Shown: positions 27,415-38,092, numbered from the stretch's first letter. The stretch: 64,000 nucleotides of DNA from Porticoccaceae bacterium (GCA_029238255.1 JAQWGK010000046.1:32708-96707); one strand, 5' to 3'. The notes: generated by a model from the letters alone, not told the origin. Numbers and translations are program-made.

Positions 27415-29550
27415 CTATTTAATAAGCTCAAGCACCTGTTCTGCCGCTTGGGGAATATTAGTGCCGGGACCAAAGATCGCCGCCACCCCCATAGCCGTTA
27501 ACGCCGCATAATCTTTCGGTGGAATCACCCCACCACAGATCACCAGAATCTCATCCGCACCCTGCGCCTTTAGAGACTCGATCATTTTCGGCACCAATGT
27601 TTTATGACCCGCGGCCTGAGAGGAGACTCCGACTATATGCACATCGTTTTCAATCGCCTGACGCGCCGCCTCTTCCGGGGTCTGAAACATAGGCCCAACA
27701 TCCACATCAAAACCCAGATCGGCAAAGGCGGTGGCAATGACCTTGGCACCGCGGTCATGGCCATCCTGACCCATCTTGACCACCAACATTCGCGGCCGGC
27801 GGCCATGACTAAGCTCAAACTCTTCGACTTTTTTGGTTATATTCATAAACTCTTTATCGCCCTTGTAGGCAGCGCCATAGACACCGCTAATTGATCTGGT
27901 CTGTGCGCGGTGACGACCCCATTGTTTTTCCAAGGCATCACTGATTTCACCGACCGTAGCTCTGGCCCGCGCTGCATCCACCGCCAGCGCCAGTAAATTG
28001 CCCTGACCGGTTTTAGCGGCAACAGACAGTGCCTCCAGCGTTTGCTCACAGATAGCGGGATCGCGCTCAGCGCGAAGTTTGTTCAAGCGAGCAATCTGTC
28101 CATCCCGAACCGCACTGTTATCAATATCCACAACATCCACATCCGGTTCTTCTTCTAGCTGGTATTTATTGACCCCGACAATCACCTGCTCACCGAGATC
28201 GACACGGGCCTGCTGCAGTGCCGCCGCCTCTTCGATGCGCAACTTGGGCATACCGGATTCAACCGCCTTGGTCATTCCCCCCAGTTCTTCCACTTCATTA
28301 ATTAGCACCGTGGCCGCCTCAACCAGTTGATTGGTTAAACTTTCGATGTAATAGGAACCGGCCAGAGGATCGACCACATTGGTAATACCGGTTTCCTCCT
28401 GAATCACCAACTGGATATTGCGCGCAATACGAGCGGAAAATTCTGTGGGTAAGCCCAGTGCTTCATCAAAGGCATTGGTATGCAGAGATTGGGTGCCGCC
28501 CAGTACCGCTGACATCGCTTCGACGGTAGTGCGCATAATATTGTTATGGGGGTCTTTGCTAGTCAGACTTACCCCAGAGGTCTGGCAGTGGGTACGCAAC
28601 ATTAGGGAGCGCTGATCTTTGGGGGCAAACTTTTCTTCCATCAGGGTCGCCCACAAAATCCGCGCCGCGCGCAGTTTGGCGATCTCCATAAAGAAGTTCA
28701 TACCTATGGCAAAGAAGAATGACAGTCGCGGGGCAAACTTATCCACATCCATACCGCTGTCGATTGCGGTGCGAACATATTCGATACCATCGGCAATGGT
28801 ATAGGCGAGTTCCTGCACATTGGTCGCACCGGCCTCCTGCATATGGTAGCCGCTGATAGAGATCGAATTGAACTTGGGCATATGGTTGGCGGTGTAAGCG
28901 ATAATATCCGCCACAATGCGCATCGAGGGTTGCGGTGGGTAGATATAAGTATTGCGCACCATAAACTCTTTGAGAATAACGTTCTGCAGGGTGCCCGCCA
29001 ACTGCTCCGGGGCAACCCCCTGCTCTTCCGCCGCCACTATATAGCTAGCCATGACCGGCAGCACAGCACCGTTCATGGTCATGGAAACCGATACCTGATC
29101 CAGCGGAATAGAGTCAAAGAGGATTTTCATATCCTCAACCGAATCAATCGCCACACCGGCTTTGCCCACATCCCCTTCAACACGGGGATGGTCAGAGTCA
29201 TAACCGCGGTGGGTGGGCAGATCAAAGGCAACCGATAAACCCTGCTGACCTGCAGCGAGGTTGCGGCGATAGAAAGCGTTGGATTTTTCAGCGGTGGAAA
29301 AGCCCGCATACTGGCGAACTGTCCAGGGACGACCGGCATACATGGTTGCCTTGGGGCCGCGCTTAAAGGGAGCAAAACCGGGCAGGCTATCCTGATATTT
29401 AAGCTCGGCCGTATCTTTGGCGGTGTACAGTGGCTTTACCTCAATACCCTCCGGGGTTTGCCACAACAGCTCATCTACAGAGCGACCTTTGCGCTCTTTT
29501 TCGGCAAGCTGCTGCCAATCAGCAATGATTGGCTTTTCCTTTTCTGCCAT
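27415..29550 (-). CDS. scpA: Methylmalonyl-CoA mutase, single-chain type with a C-terminal B12-binding domain
   Basis: 711 aa. It has the mutase core ([21 protein letters not shown]) and the C-terminal cobalamin-binding DxHxxG motif ([11 protein letters not shown]). Confidence 0.9.
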   Translation of the reverse strand: MAEKEKPIIADWQQLAEKERKGRSVDELLWQTPEGIEVKPLYTAKDTAELKYQDSLPGFAPFKRGPKATMYAGRPWTVRQYAGFSTAEKSNAFYRRNLAAGQQGLSVAFDLPTHRGYDSDHPRVEGDVGKAGVAIDSVEDMKILFDSIPLDQVSVSMTMNGAVLPVMASYIVAAEEQGVAPEQLAGTLQNVILKEFMVRNTYIYPPQPSMRIVADIIAYTANHMPKFNSISISGYHMQEAGATNVQELAYTIADGIEYVRTAIDSGMDVDKFAPRLSFFFAIGMNFFMEIAKLRAARILWATLMEEKFAPKDQRSLMLRTHCQTSGVSLTSKDPHNNIMRTTVEAMSAVLGGTQSLHTNAFDEALGLPTEFSARIARNIQLVIQEETGITNVVDPLAGSYYIESLTNQLVEAATVLINEVEELGGMTKAVESGMPKLRIEEAAALQQARVDLGEQVIVGVNKYQLEEEPDVDVVDIDNSAVRDGQIARLNKLRAERDPAICEQTLEALSVAAKTGQGNLLALAVDAARARATVGEISDALEKQWGRHRAQTRSISGVYGAAYKGDKEFMNITKKVEEFELSHGRRPRMLVVKMGQDGHDRGAKVIATAFADLGFDVDVGPMFQTPEEAARQAIENDVHIVGVSSQAAGHKTLVPKMIESLKAQGADEILVICGGVIPPKDYAALTAMGVAAIFGPGTNIPQAAEQVLELIK

Positions 29551-29726
29551 TACCCTCTCCGTTTTTTGACTGGATTGGCAAACTATGCAGTAGCATCAGG
29601 CTTATTAGTAGGTCTATTTCTAACAGCTAAAATCACATTTATTGCCATTTTATCTAGATTAAACTCGCCTATATGAGTTAAATTGACCTATAACTCACAA
29701 TTTATATCCTATTACAGAGAGACAAA

Positions 29727-30731
29727 ATGGCTACAATTTGCCACCATCATGTGATCAGCTGTATGCACGGGTTAAGGGCGAGAAACCTCTCCCAACAACC
29801 GGCACTGGAACGCGCCGGAATCAATCCAGCGGTATTGGGTAAAGAGGGTCAGCGGGTTCATACAGATCAGGTGGCGCGGCTATTTAAGACGGTTCAGGAA
29901 ACCCTCGATGACGAGTTTATGGGCTTTACCCAGAGCAACTGTAAGGTCGGCATATTCGCTACCATGACAGAGCTGGTGAGTCGCTGTACCAATCTCGGTG
30001 AACTACTCGAAAAAGCGGTCAGTTTTTACAATCTAATTAGCAATGATATTCCCATGCGCCTAGAGCGCAGCAAGGGCAATGCGGTGCTTAGTTTTGAGAT
30101 GACCAACCCCCAACTGGATCCAGAAAACTTTATGACCGAGTTCTGGCTGGTGATCTGGCACCGTTTTCCCAGCTGGTATATAGGTCAGCCAATTCGATTA
30201 AAGGAAACGCATTTCAGCTTTAGTGCCCCGACTCATAGAAGCGAACTGCAGATTATGTTCCCCGCCCGGCTGCACTTTAATAGCAGTGCCAACCGTTTAA
30301 TCTTTGATGAACATTACCTAGACAAACCTCTGGTTCGAACCGATCAGGAACTGGCACAGTTTGTCCAAAATGCTCCGGCAGATATTATGACTATCCCCGG
30401 TTTTGACAGCACATTGGAAGCCCAGATCGAGCGTATTATCAGTCAGCGTCATCCGGATCGTCTGGTATTTGTGCCCATCCACCAACTTGCTGCCGAACTG
30501 GGGATTAGCTCGCAGACTTTACATAGAAGACTTGTAGAGAGTGCCACTAGCTATCAGAAGATCAAAGATAATTTGAGACGAGAAGTGGCGATTAATAAGT
30601 TGGTCAATGAAGGTCTAACGGTCGAACGGGTGGCGGAGATTGTCGGTTTTACTGAATCGCGATCGTTTACACGGGCGTTTAAACACTGGACAGGGTTAAC
30701 ACCTAGAGAGTACTGCAAGCAGAATGGTTGA
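29727..30731 (+). CDS. AraC-family transcriptional regulator
   Basis: The C-terminal HTH_AraC pattern (ELGISSQTLHRRL...VGFTESRSFTRAFKHWTGLTPREY) is present. The gene is divergent from the mutase operon. Confidence 0.8.
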   Translation: MATICHHHVISCMHGLRARNLSQQPALERAGINPAVLGKEGQRVHTDQVARLFKTVQETLDDEFMGFTQSNCKVGIFATMTELVSRCTNLGELLEKAVSFYNLISNDIPMRLERSKGNAVLSFEMTNPQLDPENFMTEFWLVIWHRFPSWYIGQPIRLKETHFSFSAPTHRSELQIMFPARLHFNSSANRLIFDEHYLDKPLVRTDQELAQFVQNAPADIMTIPGFDSTLEAQIERIISQRHPDRLVFVPIHQLAAELGISSQTLHRRLVESATSYQKIKDNLRREVAINKLVNEGLTVERVAEIVGFTESRSFTRAFKHWTGLTPREYCKQNG

Positions 30732-30773
30732 TACTGTAATACATAGGGGGGCGAAATCTTTATTAATTACCGA

Positions 30774-31772
30774 CTATTCCTTTAATAAAATAAACTGTTG
30801 AGTTAAACGAATCATCAATTCTTTTTGCTCAGGCTTACTTTCTGCTACCAACAGAGCCAAGGCGACTAGGGTATTATCGTTAATTAGACGCTCAACCGGC
30901 TTTGCCAACAGATGCTGGTTATTACGTAAATACCATAAAAACAAAAACGAGCCAGTGCGTTTATTACCGTCCGCCAGAGGATGATTTTTGATCACAAAGT
31001 ACAGTAGATGTGCGGCACGGCTAGCCACATTAGGATAGAACCAACCACCAGCAAAGCCCTGCTCAATAGTTGCGAGTGCGGATGCCAAACCGTCATTCCG
31101 CAATTGGGCAAATAAATTAGTGGCTTCGCCTTTACTGATTAGCTCACGCTTGAGCTGATCTATAGCTACTAGCGTTTCATCTAATACCAGTGACTGCATA
31201 CCTTCTTGCTTACCAGAGGCATCTAAAAGACTTCCCTCATCATAGCCTTGCAGTAATGACCAGCTGCGGGCGTAATCATTGATAACTGCCAGTACCGCTT
31301 CACCCACAGGGTTAACCAGCTGCTGGTTAGCTAGGGTTTCCGAGAGCAGGTCAAGGGCTTGTTCAAATTCAACGCCGCGCTCCTGCAAGCGAGCCTGATT
31401 GAGGGTATAACCCTCCACCAAATACTTCTTTAAGATTTCAGTGGCCCAAATACGGAATTGCGTGGCCCGGCCTGAGTTAACGCGATAACCAACCGATATA
31501 ATGGCATCGAGATTATAGAGCTTGAGGGTACGGCGGACCTTCCTACCTCCCTCGTTTTGAACTTGTAAGGAATCCTTACAAGTTGCCATCTCTATTAACT
31601 CTCCTTCGGAAAATATTTTTCTGAGATGCATGGTGATATTTTGCGGTTTAACCTGAAACAAATCTGCTATCTGCGCCTGAGTCAGCCAAGCAGTGTCTTT
31701 TTCTAAAGAAACTTCCAATTGCACCTTCCCATCGGCAGATTGGAATAGCTGTATTTGACTGTTAGCAGTCAT
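30774..31772 (-). CDS. RhuM-like N-terminal domain fused to a Fic/Doc-family domain
   Basis: The N-terminal part (LYNLDAIISVGYRVNSGRATQFRIWATEILKKYLVEGY) is typical of the RhuM family. The C-terminal part carries a Doc-type motif, HPLADGNKRTG. Confidence 0.75.
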   Translation of the reverse strand: MTANSQIQLFQSADGKVQLEVSLEKDTAWLTQAQIADLFQVKPQNITMHLRKIFSEGELIEMATCKDSLQVQNEGGRKVRRTLKLYNLDAIISVGYRVNSGRATQFRIWATEILKKYLVEGYTLNQARLQERGVEFEQALDLLSETLANQQLVNPVGEAVLAVINDYARSWSLLQGYDEGSLLDASGKQEGMQSLVLDETLVAIDQLKRELISKGEATNLFAQLRNDGLASALATIEQGFAGGWFYPNVASRAAHLLYFVIKNHPLADGNKRTGSFLFLWYLRNNQHLLAKPVERLINDNTLVALALLVAESKPEQKELMIRLTQQFILLKE

Positions 31773-31940
31773 ATCTCAGTCCTTTATTGGAGATTTATTT
31801 GGTAACCGCAGTGTTATGACCGTAGCCGCTTGTAGATAAACCGAATAATTTCCTCTCGCCAAACACCGCAACATACTTATGCAAAGCACCCCCAAAACAA
31901 GTACTCTACAGCTCTAAATATATAGCCTATAAAAGAACCC

Positions 31941-32987
31941 ATGTCCGACAATAAAATTAGACTTACCCAATACAGTCACGGCGCCGGTTGCGGCTGCAAA
32001 ATCGCGCCCGCCGTATTGGAGACCTTTCTTAAAACTGACTACATAGCGCCCGATGATCCGCGCCTGTTAGTTGGTAATAACACTAAAGATGATGCTGCGG
32101 TCTATGATCTTGGCGATGGCACCGGAGTAATTAGTACCACCGACTTCTTTATGCCGATTGTCGATGACCCCTTTGAATTTGGCCGCGTTGCTGCCGCCAA
32201 TGCCATCAGCGACATCTATGCCATGGGCGGCACACCGATGATGGCGATTGCGATTTTAGGCTGGCCGATCAATCTGCTGTCTGCCGAGGTGGCGCAAAAG
32301 GTTATTGATGGCGGGCGACATGCCTGTGGTGAGGCTGGTATTCATCTGGCCGGTGGTCATTCTATTGATTCGCCGGAACCCATTTTTGGTTTGGCCGTTA
32401 CCGGCCGGGTAGCGCTTAAAAAGCTAAAGCAGAACAGCACTGCCAAAGCAGGCGATCTATTATTCCTGACTAAACCCATTGGTGTGGGAATTCTTACCAC
32501 TGCTGAAAAGCAGGGTAAATTAAAGCCTGAACATTCGCGCCTCGCGGTGGAAAGCATGATGAAGCTAAACACCATCGGTGCTGATCTGGCAGAGGTCGAT
32601 GGGGTTAGCTGTATGACCGATGTCACCGGCTTTGGTTTGCTCGGTCATCTGCTGGAGATTTGTCAGGGCAGTAATTTGAGGGCAACGGTTAATGTTAAAG
32701 AAATTCCACTGTTAGATAATGCCGTTATTGATTACCTCAATCAGGGCTGCGTTCCCGGTGGCAGCACCCGCAACTGGGAAAGTATTAGCCAGTATATCAG
32801 TGGCACTAATCAGCAGAGCCAAACATTGCTCTGTGATCCGCAGACCAGCGGCGGCCTGTTAATTGCGGTCGAACCAAAAGATGCGGATAAGGTGAGCCAA
32901 ATACTTAAACAGGCCGGTTGTTATGATCGGTCAATTGGCGAGCTGGCAGCTGTTACCGATAGCCCGCAGATCAGGGTTATTTTATGA
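31941..32987 (+). CDS. selD: Selenide, water dikinase (selenophosphate synthetase), Cys-type
   Basis: N-terminal [15 protein letters not shown] and an AIR-synthase-like fold pattern. The stop overlaps the selU start. Confidence 0.9.
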   Translation: MSDNKIRLTQYSHGAGCGCKIAPAVLETFLKTDYIAPDDPRLLVGNNTKDDAAVYDLGDGTGVISTTDFFMPIVDDPFEFGRVAAANAISDIYAMGGTPMMAIAILGWPINLLSAEVAQKVIDGGRHACGEAGIHLAGGHSIDSPEPIFGLAVTGRVALKKLKQNSTAKAGDLLFLTKPIGVGILTTAEKQGKLKPEHSRLAVESMMKLNTIGADLAEVDGVSCMTDVTGFGLLGHLLEICQGSNLRATVNVKEIPLLDNAVIDYLNQGCVPGGSTRNWESISQYISGTNQQSQTLLCDPQTSGGLLIAVEPKDADKVSQILKQAGCYDRSIGELAAVTDSPQIRVIL

Positions 32988-34084
32988 ACCTGCCACTGGT
33001 TAATCATTACCGGCAGCTACTGCTCGATGATACGCCAATGATTGATGTGCGGGCACCGATTGAGTTTGCCAGCGGCGCACTGCCCTTCGCGGCTAATCTA
33101 CCACTTATGGCCGATGAAGAGCGCCATCAGGTGGGACTCTGCTATAAAGAACAGGGTCAGCAGGCAGCGATTGAATTGGGTCATCAGCTGGTTAGCGGCG
33201 ACCTCAAAGCTCAGCGCATTAAGGCATGGCAGGATTTTATGGCTGCCAATCCCAATGCTGTTTTGTACTGCGCGCGGGGTGGTTTGCGGTCACAGTTAAG
33301 TCAGGAATGGCTGGCTGAAGCTGGCATCGAATGCCCGAAGGTCGAGGGTGGTTATAAATCCCTGCGCGGGTTTCTGTTTAACTATCTAAACGATTACTGC
33401 CAGTCCCATAAATTTTTCATATTGTCTGGAATGACCGGTACCGGCAAGACCGATATTATTCAGCAATTGCCCACTGGAATTGATCTTGAAGGCGCCGCCA
33501 ATCATAAAGGCTCGAGCTTTGGCCGGCCACTGGATTGCCAGCCGGCACAAATTGATTTTGAAAATAAAATTGCTCTGGATCTGTTAAAAGTACAAAACCA
33601 GCACCCCGATAAAACGGTTATTCTGGAAGATGAAAGCCGCAATATCGGTGCCCGCCATCTACCCCATTATTTTTCCGATCTGATGGCACAGAGTGCCTTT
33701 GTGGTTATAGATATGGATTTCGAGGAGCGTCTGGAACGACTGTGGCAGGAGTATGTGATTGAGCGCCACCGTAAGACCATGGCGTTTTATGGTTCGACCG
33801 GTGAACAAGAGTTTGCCAATTATCTGACTGAGAGTTTACTGCGGGTACGAAAGCGTTTGGGTGGCCAGCGCACTCAAGAACTTTTGGCCTCAATGGAAAA
33901 TGCTATTGCGGTGCAACATCAGGATAATTTTGCCAGTCATCGCCATTGGCTTACTGTGCTTACTCAGGAGTACTACGATCCTATGTACAGTTATCAGTTG
34001 GATAAGAAGAAAGAGTTGGTGGTGTTTCGGGGGAGTCGTTCTGAGGTTATTGATTACCTAACTTGTTATTCTGAACCTATGTGA
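32984..34084 (+). CDS. selU: tRNA 2-selenouridine synthase
   Basis: Rhodanese active-site loop [10 protein letters not shown]-loop GMTGTGKT, and ATGA coupling to selD. Confidence 0.85.
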   Translation: MNLPLVNHYRQLLLDDTPMIDVRAPIEFASGALPFAANLPLMADEERHQVGLCYKEQGQQAAIELGHQLVSGDLKAQRIKAWQDFMAANPNAVLYCARGGLRSQLSQEWLAEAGIECPKVEGGYKSLRGFLFNYLNDYCQSHKFFILSGMTGTGKTDIIQQLPTGIDLEGAANHKGSSFGRPLDCQPAQIDFENKIALDLLKVQNQHPDKTVILEDESRNIGARHLPHYFSDLMAQSAFVVIDMDFEERLERLWQEYVIERHRKTMAFYGSTGEQEFANYLTESLLRVRKRLGGQRTQELLASMENAIAVQHQDNFASHRHWLTVLTQEYYDPMYSYQLDKKKELVVFRGSRSEVIDYLTCYSEPM

Positions 34085-34252
34085 AGAATCTCTTGGTGCT
34101 GGACGAGGTCCTTCGGCTTCGCTCAGGATGACGGACTACTAAAATAAATCGTTGTCATTTTGATCGAGCACTAAACCACTGTCATTCTGAACGCATATGA
34201 AAAATCTCTTGGTGCTGGTCGAGGTCCTTCGGCTTTGCTCAGGATGACGGGT
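34061..34252. repeat. Two direct copies of a ~72-bp palindromic REP-like unit
   Basis: 34061-34133 and 34178-34250 are near-identical: (T/C)ATTCTGAAC..ATGA..AATCTCTTGGTGCTGG.CGAGGTCCTTCGGCTT.GCTCAGGATGACGG. The first copy contains the selU stop codon. Confidence 0.8.
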
Positions 34253-34269
34253 TACTAAATTAAATTTTG

Positions 34270-35043
34270 TCAGCGTGGCTGCATCCTCACGCCACCGTCC
34301 AGACGAATAGTCTCGCCATTTAGATAACTGTTCTCGGCAATCTGCACCACTAGCTGACCAAATTCACTGGGCTCACCCATACGTTTTGGGAAGGGAATAT
34401 TCGCCACAATTCCATCCTGCACATTTTGCGGCATACCCAACATCAAAGGCGTTGCCATTACACCGGGCGCAATCGAATTGACCCGAATACCCTGACTGGC
34501 CAGATCGCGAGCCATAGGCAATGTCATACCGACAATGCCACCTTTGGTTGCTGAATAGGCGCACTGCCCCATCTGTCCATCAAAGGCTGCGATTGAGGCT
34601 GTATTGATAATCACACCTTTTTCGGATTTTTCATTGGCGGTATTGCGGGCCATAGCTGCCGCTGCGCAGCGAGAAATATTAAAGGTACCAATTAAATTCA
34701 CTTCAACAACCTTGCGGTAGAGATCCAGGTCATGGGGCTCGCCTTCGCGATTGATGGTTTTTGATCCAGCGGCAATTCCGGCGCAGTTAACACAGATATC
34801 CACAGAGCCTAAATCATCGACAATCTTGGCAAAGGCAGTCTCAGCATCCGCACCATTAGAAACATCCAGTTTTATAAAATGTGCCTTGTCGGCCCCTAAT
34901 TCAGAGACTGCCAAGGCTCCTGCCTCTGAGTTCATATCAAAGATAACTACCGTTGCACCACCTTCTACCAGTGCCTGTGCAGCCGCACGACCCAGACCAG
35001 AGGCGCCACCGGTGACTACTGCAACCTTATTCTGTAAATCCAT
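34270..35043 (-). CDS. Short-chain dehydrogenase/reductase of the 3-hydroxyacyl-CoA dehydrogenase type
   Basis: TGGASGLG cofactor motif and the YSATK catalytic motif. It is adjacent to an acyl-CoA dehydrogenase gene. Confidence 0.75.
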   Translation of the reverse strand: MDLQNKVAVVTGGASGLGRAAAQALVEGGATVVIFDMNSEAGALAVSELGADKAHFIKLDVSNGADAETAFAKIVDDLGSVDICVNCAGIAAGSKTINREGEPHDLDLYRKVVEVNLIGTFNISRCAAAAMARNTANEKSEKGVIINTASIAAFDGQMGQCAYSATKGGIVGMTLPMARDLASQGIRVNSIAPGVMATPLMLGMPQNVQDGIVANIPFPKRMGEPSEFGQLVVQIAENSYLNGETIRLDGGVRMQPR

Positions 35044-35071
35044 TTTTTACTCCTGACTATTCAATCTCTAG

Positions 35072-36229
35072 CTATACAATTTCTAACAGTAATTCACGGG
35101 CAATAATAATTCGCTGAATTTCACTGGTGCCCTCATAGATACTGGTGATACGTGCATCTCTTGACCATCGCTCCAGAGGATACTCGGCACTGTAGCCATT
35201 GCCCCCGAGCATTTGCAGCGCGGAGTAACAGGCGGCATTGGCTTTTTCACTGGCAAATACCTTGGCCATAGAGGCCTCTTTGGAAAAGCTTAAACCCTGT
35301 TCTTTTCTTGAGGCGGCCTGCATTAATAACAGCCGCGCTGCCTCAAGCTCGGTATAACGGTCTGCAAGTATCCACTGCAGCCCCTGAAAGTTGGAGAGTG
35401 CCTGACCAAATTGCTGACGCTCGGTAATATATTGTCGCGCGTAATCCATTGCCGCCAGACCAATTCCTAATGCAAATGAACCAACACCTATACGCCCGCC
35501 GGCAAGCTCACCGACGGCAATTTTAAAGCCCTGACTCTCGGCACTTAGAACTGCATCTAACGGAATCCGACAATCGGTAAAGAGTACTTCGTTAGTCGAT
35601 GAGCCTTTTTGACCCATTTTATGTTCGGCTTTACCTATAGAGAGGCCGGGATTATCCGCTTCCACCAGAAAACAGGTAATGCCTTTGCCCTTGGGTGCCT
35701 GCGAATCGGTGACCGCCCAAACTACAAACAGGCCAGCGTATTCGGCGCTAGTGATATACAGCTTGGTACCGTTTAGCACCCAGCTGTCGCCCTCTTTAAC
35801 TGCGCGACATTTCATACCGGCTGGATCTGATCCGGCGGAAGATTCAGTCAGACAGAAACCGGCTGCGGGATATTCTCCCGAACAAAGTTTAGGCAGGTAA
35901 TGTTGTTTTTGTTGATCGGACCCACAGGCCTGAATGACCTCGGCAACCATATTAGTAACAGAGACAGTAACTGCGGTAGAGGCACAGCCGCGACCCAATT
36001 CCGTAAGCGCGACACTAAAGGCTACAGAGCCGGCTTCAGTACCGCCATAATCAGCGGAGATATTAAGGCCCATAAAACCCAGTTCGGCGAGTTTTTTAAG
36101 GTTGTCTAAGAGTAGCTGACGGCCCTCGCCAAGGTCGAGCTTTTCTGCAACGGGCAGCAGTTCGTCTACGGAAAAACGGCGCGCCGTATCCTGAATAAAT
36201 TGTTGTTCTTCATTAAGCTGTAAATGCAT
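35072..36229 (-). CDS. Acyl-CoA dehydrogenase
   Basis: 385 aa with the ACAD family pattern (CLTESSAGSDP, the C-terminal YEGTSEIQR). Confidence 0.85.
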   Translation of the reverse strand: MHLQLNEEQQFIQDTARRFSVDELLPVAEKLDLGEGRQLLLDNLKKLAELGFMGLNISADYGGTEAGSVAFSVALTELGRGCASTAVTVSVTNMVAEVIQACGSDQQKQHYLPKLCSGEYPAAGFCLTESSAGSDPAGMKCRAVKEGDSWVLNGTKLYITSAEYAGLFVVWAVTDSQAPKGKGITCFLVEADNPGLSIGKAEHKMGQKGSSTNEVLFTDCRIPLDAVLSAESQGFKIAVGELAGGRIGVGSFALGIGLAAMDYARQYITERQQFGQALSNFQGLQWILADRYTELEAARLLLMQAASRKEQGLSFSKEASMAKVFASEKANAACYSALQMLGGNGYSAEYPLERWSRDARITSIYEGTSEIQRIIIARELLLEIV

Positions 36230-36266
36230 GCAGCAACTCCTTTGCTAAATTTAATTCCCTATTTTT

Positions 36267-36323
36267 TTAGATTCTATTGACTGACTGCGCCAAAATAAAT
36301 GGCGGAATAACCAGTATTGCAGA
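36267..36323 (-). pseudogene. Diverged duplicate of the last ~15 codons of the 36466-36771 gene
   Basis: The minus-strand translation AILVIPPFILAQSVNRI* parallels the authentic tail ALVIPPFILVQAVS*. Confidence 0.55.
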
Positions 36324-36325
36324 CT

Positions 36326-36460
36326 AAAAGATCCCTCGTCGCTTCGCTCTGTCGGGATGACATACTCCTGTCATTCTAAACCTATATCAAAAATCTCATG
36401 ATACCCGCTGAGATCCTTCGGCTTCGCTCAGGATGACGAAATTATGAACCTATGTGAAGA
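36326..36460. repeat. Cluster of REP-like units of the same family
   Basis: Three elements are present: GATCCCTCGTCGCTTCGCTCTGTCGGGATGACA, TGTCATTCTAAACCTATATCAAAAATCTC...GATCCTTCGGCTTCGCTCAGGATGAC, and a partial GAACCTATGTGAAGAATCT. Confidence 0.8.
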
Positions 36461-36465
36461 ATCTA

Positions 36466-36771
36466 TTAACTGACCGCCTGTACCAAAATAAATGGCGGTA
36501 TTACCAGTGCCCAAACAGTGGCGTTGGCTTCATACCAAGCTAATGCCTGTTGATCGCTGACTTCAAATATTACTTCTTCACTCAGCCACTGCTGAATCTG
36601 AGCGGCGTTATCCTGATGCAGCGCTATGGCTACTTGAATTAAATCGCCAGCCGCTGAAACTGCCAGCACATTACCTAAAGCATAGTGCTTTTGCAGTTCA
36701 TGCCAGTCAATTTTTGCCGTCTCGCCATTTAGACGTGCAATCAGTTCCTGATTATCAGTCAGTTCCGACAT
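36466..36771 (-). CDS. Conserved hypothetical protein (DUF2288-like, tentative)
   Basis: 101-aa ORF lying 5 nt downstream of the hisH stop on the same strand. The family assignment is from memory only. Confidence 0.4.
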   Translation of the reverse strand: MSELTDNQELIARLNGETAKIDWHELQKHYALGNVLAVSAAGDLIQVAIALHQDNAAQIQQWLSEEVIFEVSDQQALAWYEANATVWALVIPPFILVQAVS

Positions 36772-36776
36772 ATTAC

Positions 36777-37427
36777 TTAGCCATTCCAGTTACAGAAATT
36801 GCGCAGTAACTGCAGGCCAGCATCAGCGCTTTTCTCTGGGTGAAATTGAACGGCAAATAGATTTTTATGACTGAGTGCTGCGGCAAAGTTAACCCCGTAA
36901 TCACAGCGCCCGGCAATATAGGACTGCTCTGCTGGAGCGACGTAGTAACTGTGCACAAAATAGAAGCGACTGCCCTGCTCTATGCCCTGCCAGAGCGGGT
37001 GATCTATAGACTGCTGAACATTGTTCCAGCCCATATGGGGAACCTTGAGTTTGTCGCCCTGTTCATCGACAAGATGATTGCCAAAGAACTTTACCTGACC
37101 GGGCAATAGACCCAGACAGTCGACACCGCCATTTTCTTCACTGCTTTGCAGCAGTGCCTGCATACCGACACAGATTGCCAGTACCGGCTTGCTTTTCATC
37201 GCCTGACTGACCACATCACCGACATTGAGCCGTTGGATTTCACCCATGCAGTCGCGTATGGCACCTACACCGGGAAATACCACACGATCGGCATCTTCAA
37301 CCACAGCCGGGTCGGCGGTAATAGAAACTTTGGCACCGGGGCAGACATGCTCTAGCGCTTTGGCAACAGAATGGAGATTGCCCATACCGTAATCAATTAC
37401 GGCAATATGGCTGCGAAAATCACTCAT
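36777..37427 (-). CDS. hisH: Imidazole glycerol phosphate synthase, glutamine amidotransferase subunit
   Basis: The class I GATase pattern is present ([27 protein letters not shown]). Confidence 0.9.
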   Translation of the reverse strand: MSDFRSHIAVIDYGMGNLHSVAKALEHVCPGAKVSITADPAVVEDADRVVFPGVGAIRDCMGEIQRLNVGDVVSQAMKSKPVLAICVGMQALLQSSEENGGVDCLGLLPGQVKFFGNHLVDEQGDKLKVPHMGWNNVQQSIDHPLWQGIEQGSRFYFVHSYYVAPAEQSYIAGRCDYGVNFAAALSHKNLFAVQFHPEKSADAGLQLLRNFCNWNG

Positions 37428-37451
37428 AAGATTTTGTTCGTTTTGGTCGAT

Positions 37452-37485
37452 AAAAAAACAAAAGGCTCCTTATAAAGGGAGCCTA
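37452..37485 (-). terminator. Terminator-like hairpin between hisB and hisH
   Basis: On the minus strand, AGGCTCCC-TTTATAA-GGAGCCT is followed by TTTGTTTTTTT. Confidence 0.5.
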
Positions 37486-37498
37486 TCAAGGCACTCTG

Positions 37499-38092
37499 TT
37501 ACAGAGTACCTTTTGTAGATGGCATTACACCGGCCATACGTTCATCAGCAGTTGCGGCTACGCGCAGGGCGCGACCGAAGGCCTTAAAGATGGTCTCAAC
37601 CTGGTGGTGAGCATTGGCACCGCGCAGATTATCGATATGCAGTGAAACCAGCGCGTGGTTTACAAAGCCCTGGAAGAATTCACGCACCAGATCAACATCA
37701 AAGCTGCCGACATGACTGCGGACAAAATCTGCTTTCATAATCAGACCGGGTCGGCCGGAAAAATCCATCACTACACGAGATAGCGCTTCATCCAGTGGCA
37801 CATAGGCGTGACCGTATCTGGTCAGTCCCTTTTTGTCGCCAATCGCTTTAGTAATCGCCATACCCAGAGTTATGCCAATATCCTCAACCGTGTGGTGGTC
37901 GTCGATATGGGTGTCACCCTTGGCTTGAATATCCAGATCCACCAGGCCGTGGCGGGCAATCTGATCAAGCATATGCTCCAGAAAAGGCACAGGTGTCGCA
38001 AAGTTAGCTTTACCTGTTCCATCCAGATTAACGGTTACTGTAATCTGTGATTCCAGCGTATCACGTGTCACTGTCGCAGTGCGATCAGCCAT
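37499..38092 (-). CDS. hisB: Imidazoleglycerol-phosphate dehydratase
   Basis: The IGPD motifs are present ([32 protein letters not shown]). The ATG at 38092 (MADRTA) is preceded by GGAG. Confidence 0.9.
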   Translation of the reverse strand: MADRTATVTRDTLESQITVTVNLDGTGKANFATPVPFLEHMLDQIARHGLVDLDIQAKGDTHIDDHHTVEDIGITLGMAITKAIGDKKGLTRYGHAYVPLDEALSRVVMDFSGRPGLIMKADFVRSHVGSFDVDLVREFFQGFVNHALVSLHIDNLRGANAHHQVETIFKAFGRALRVAATADERMAGVMPSTKGTL

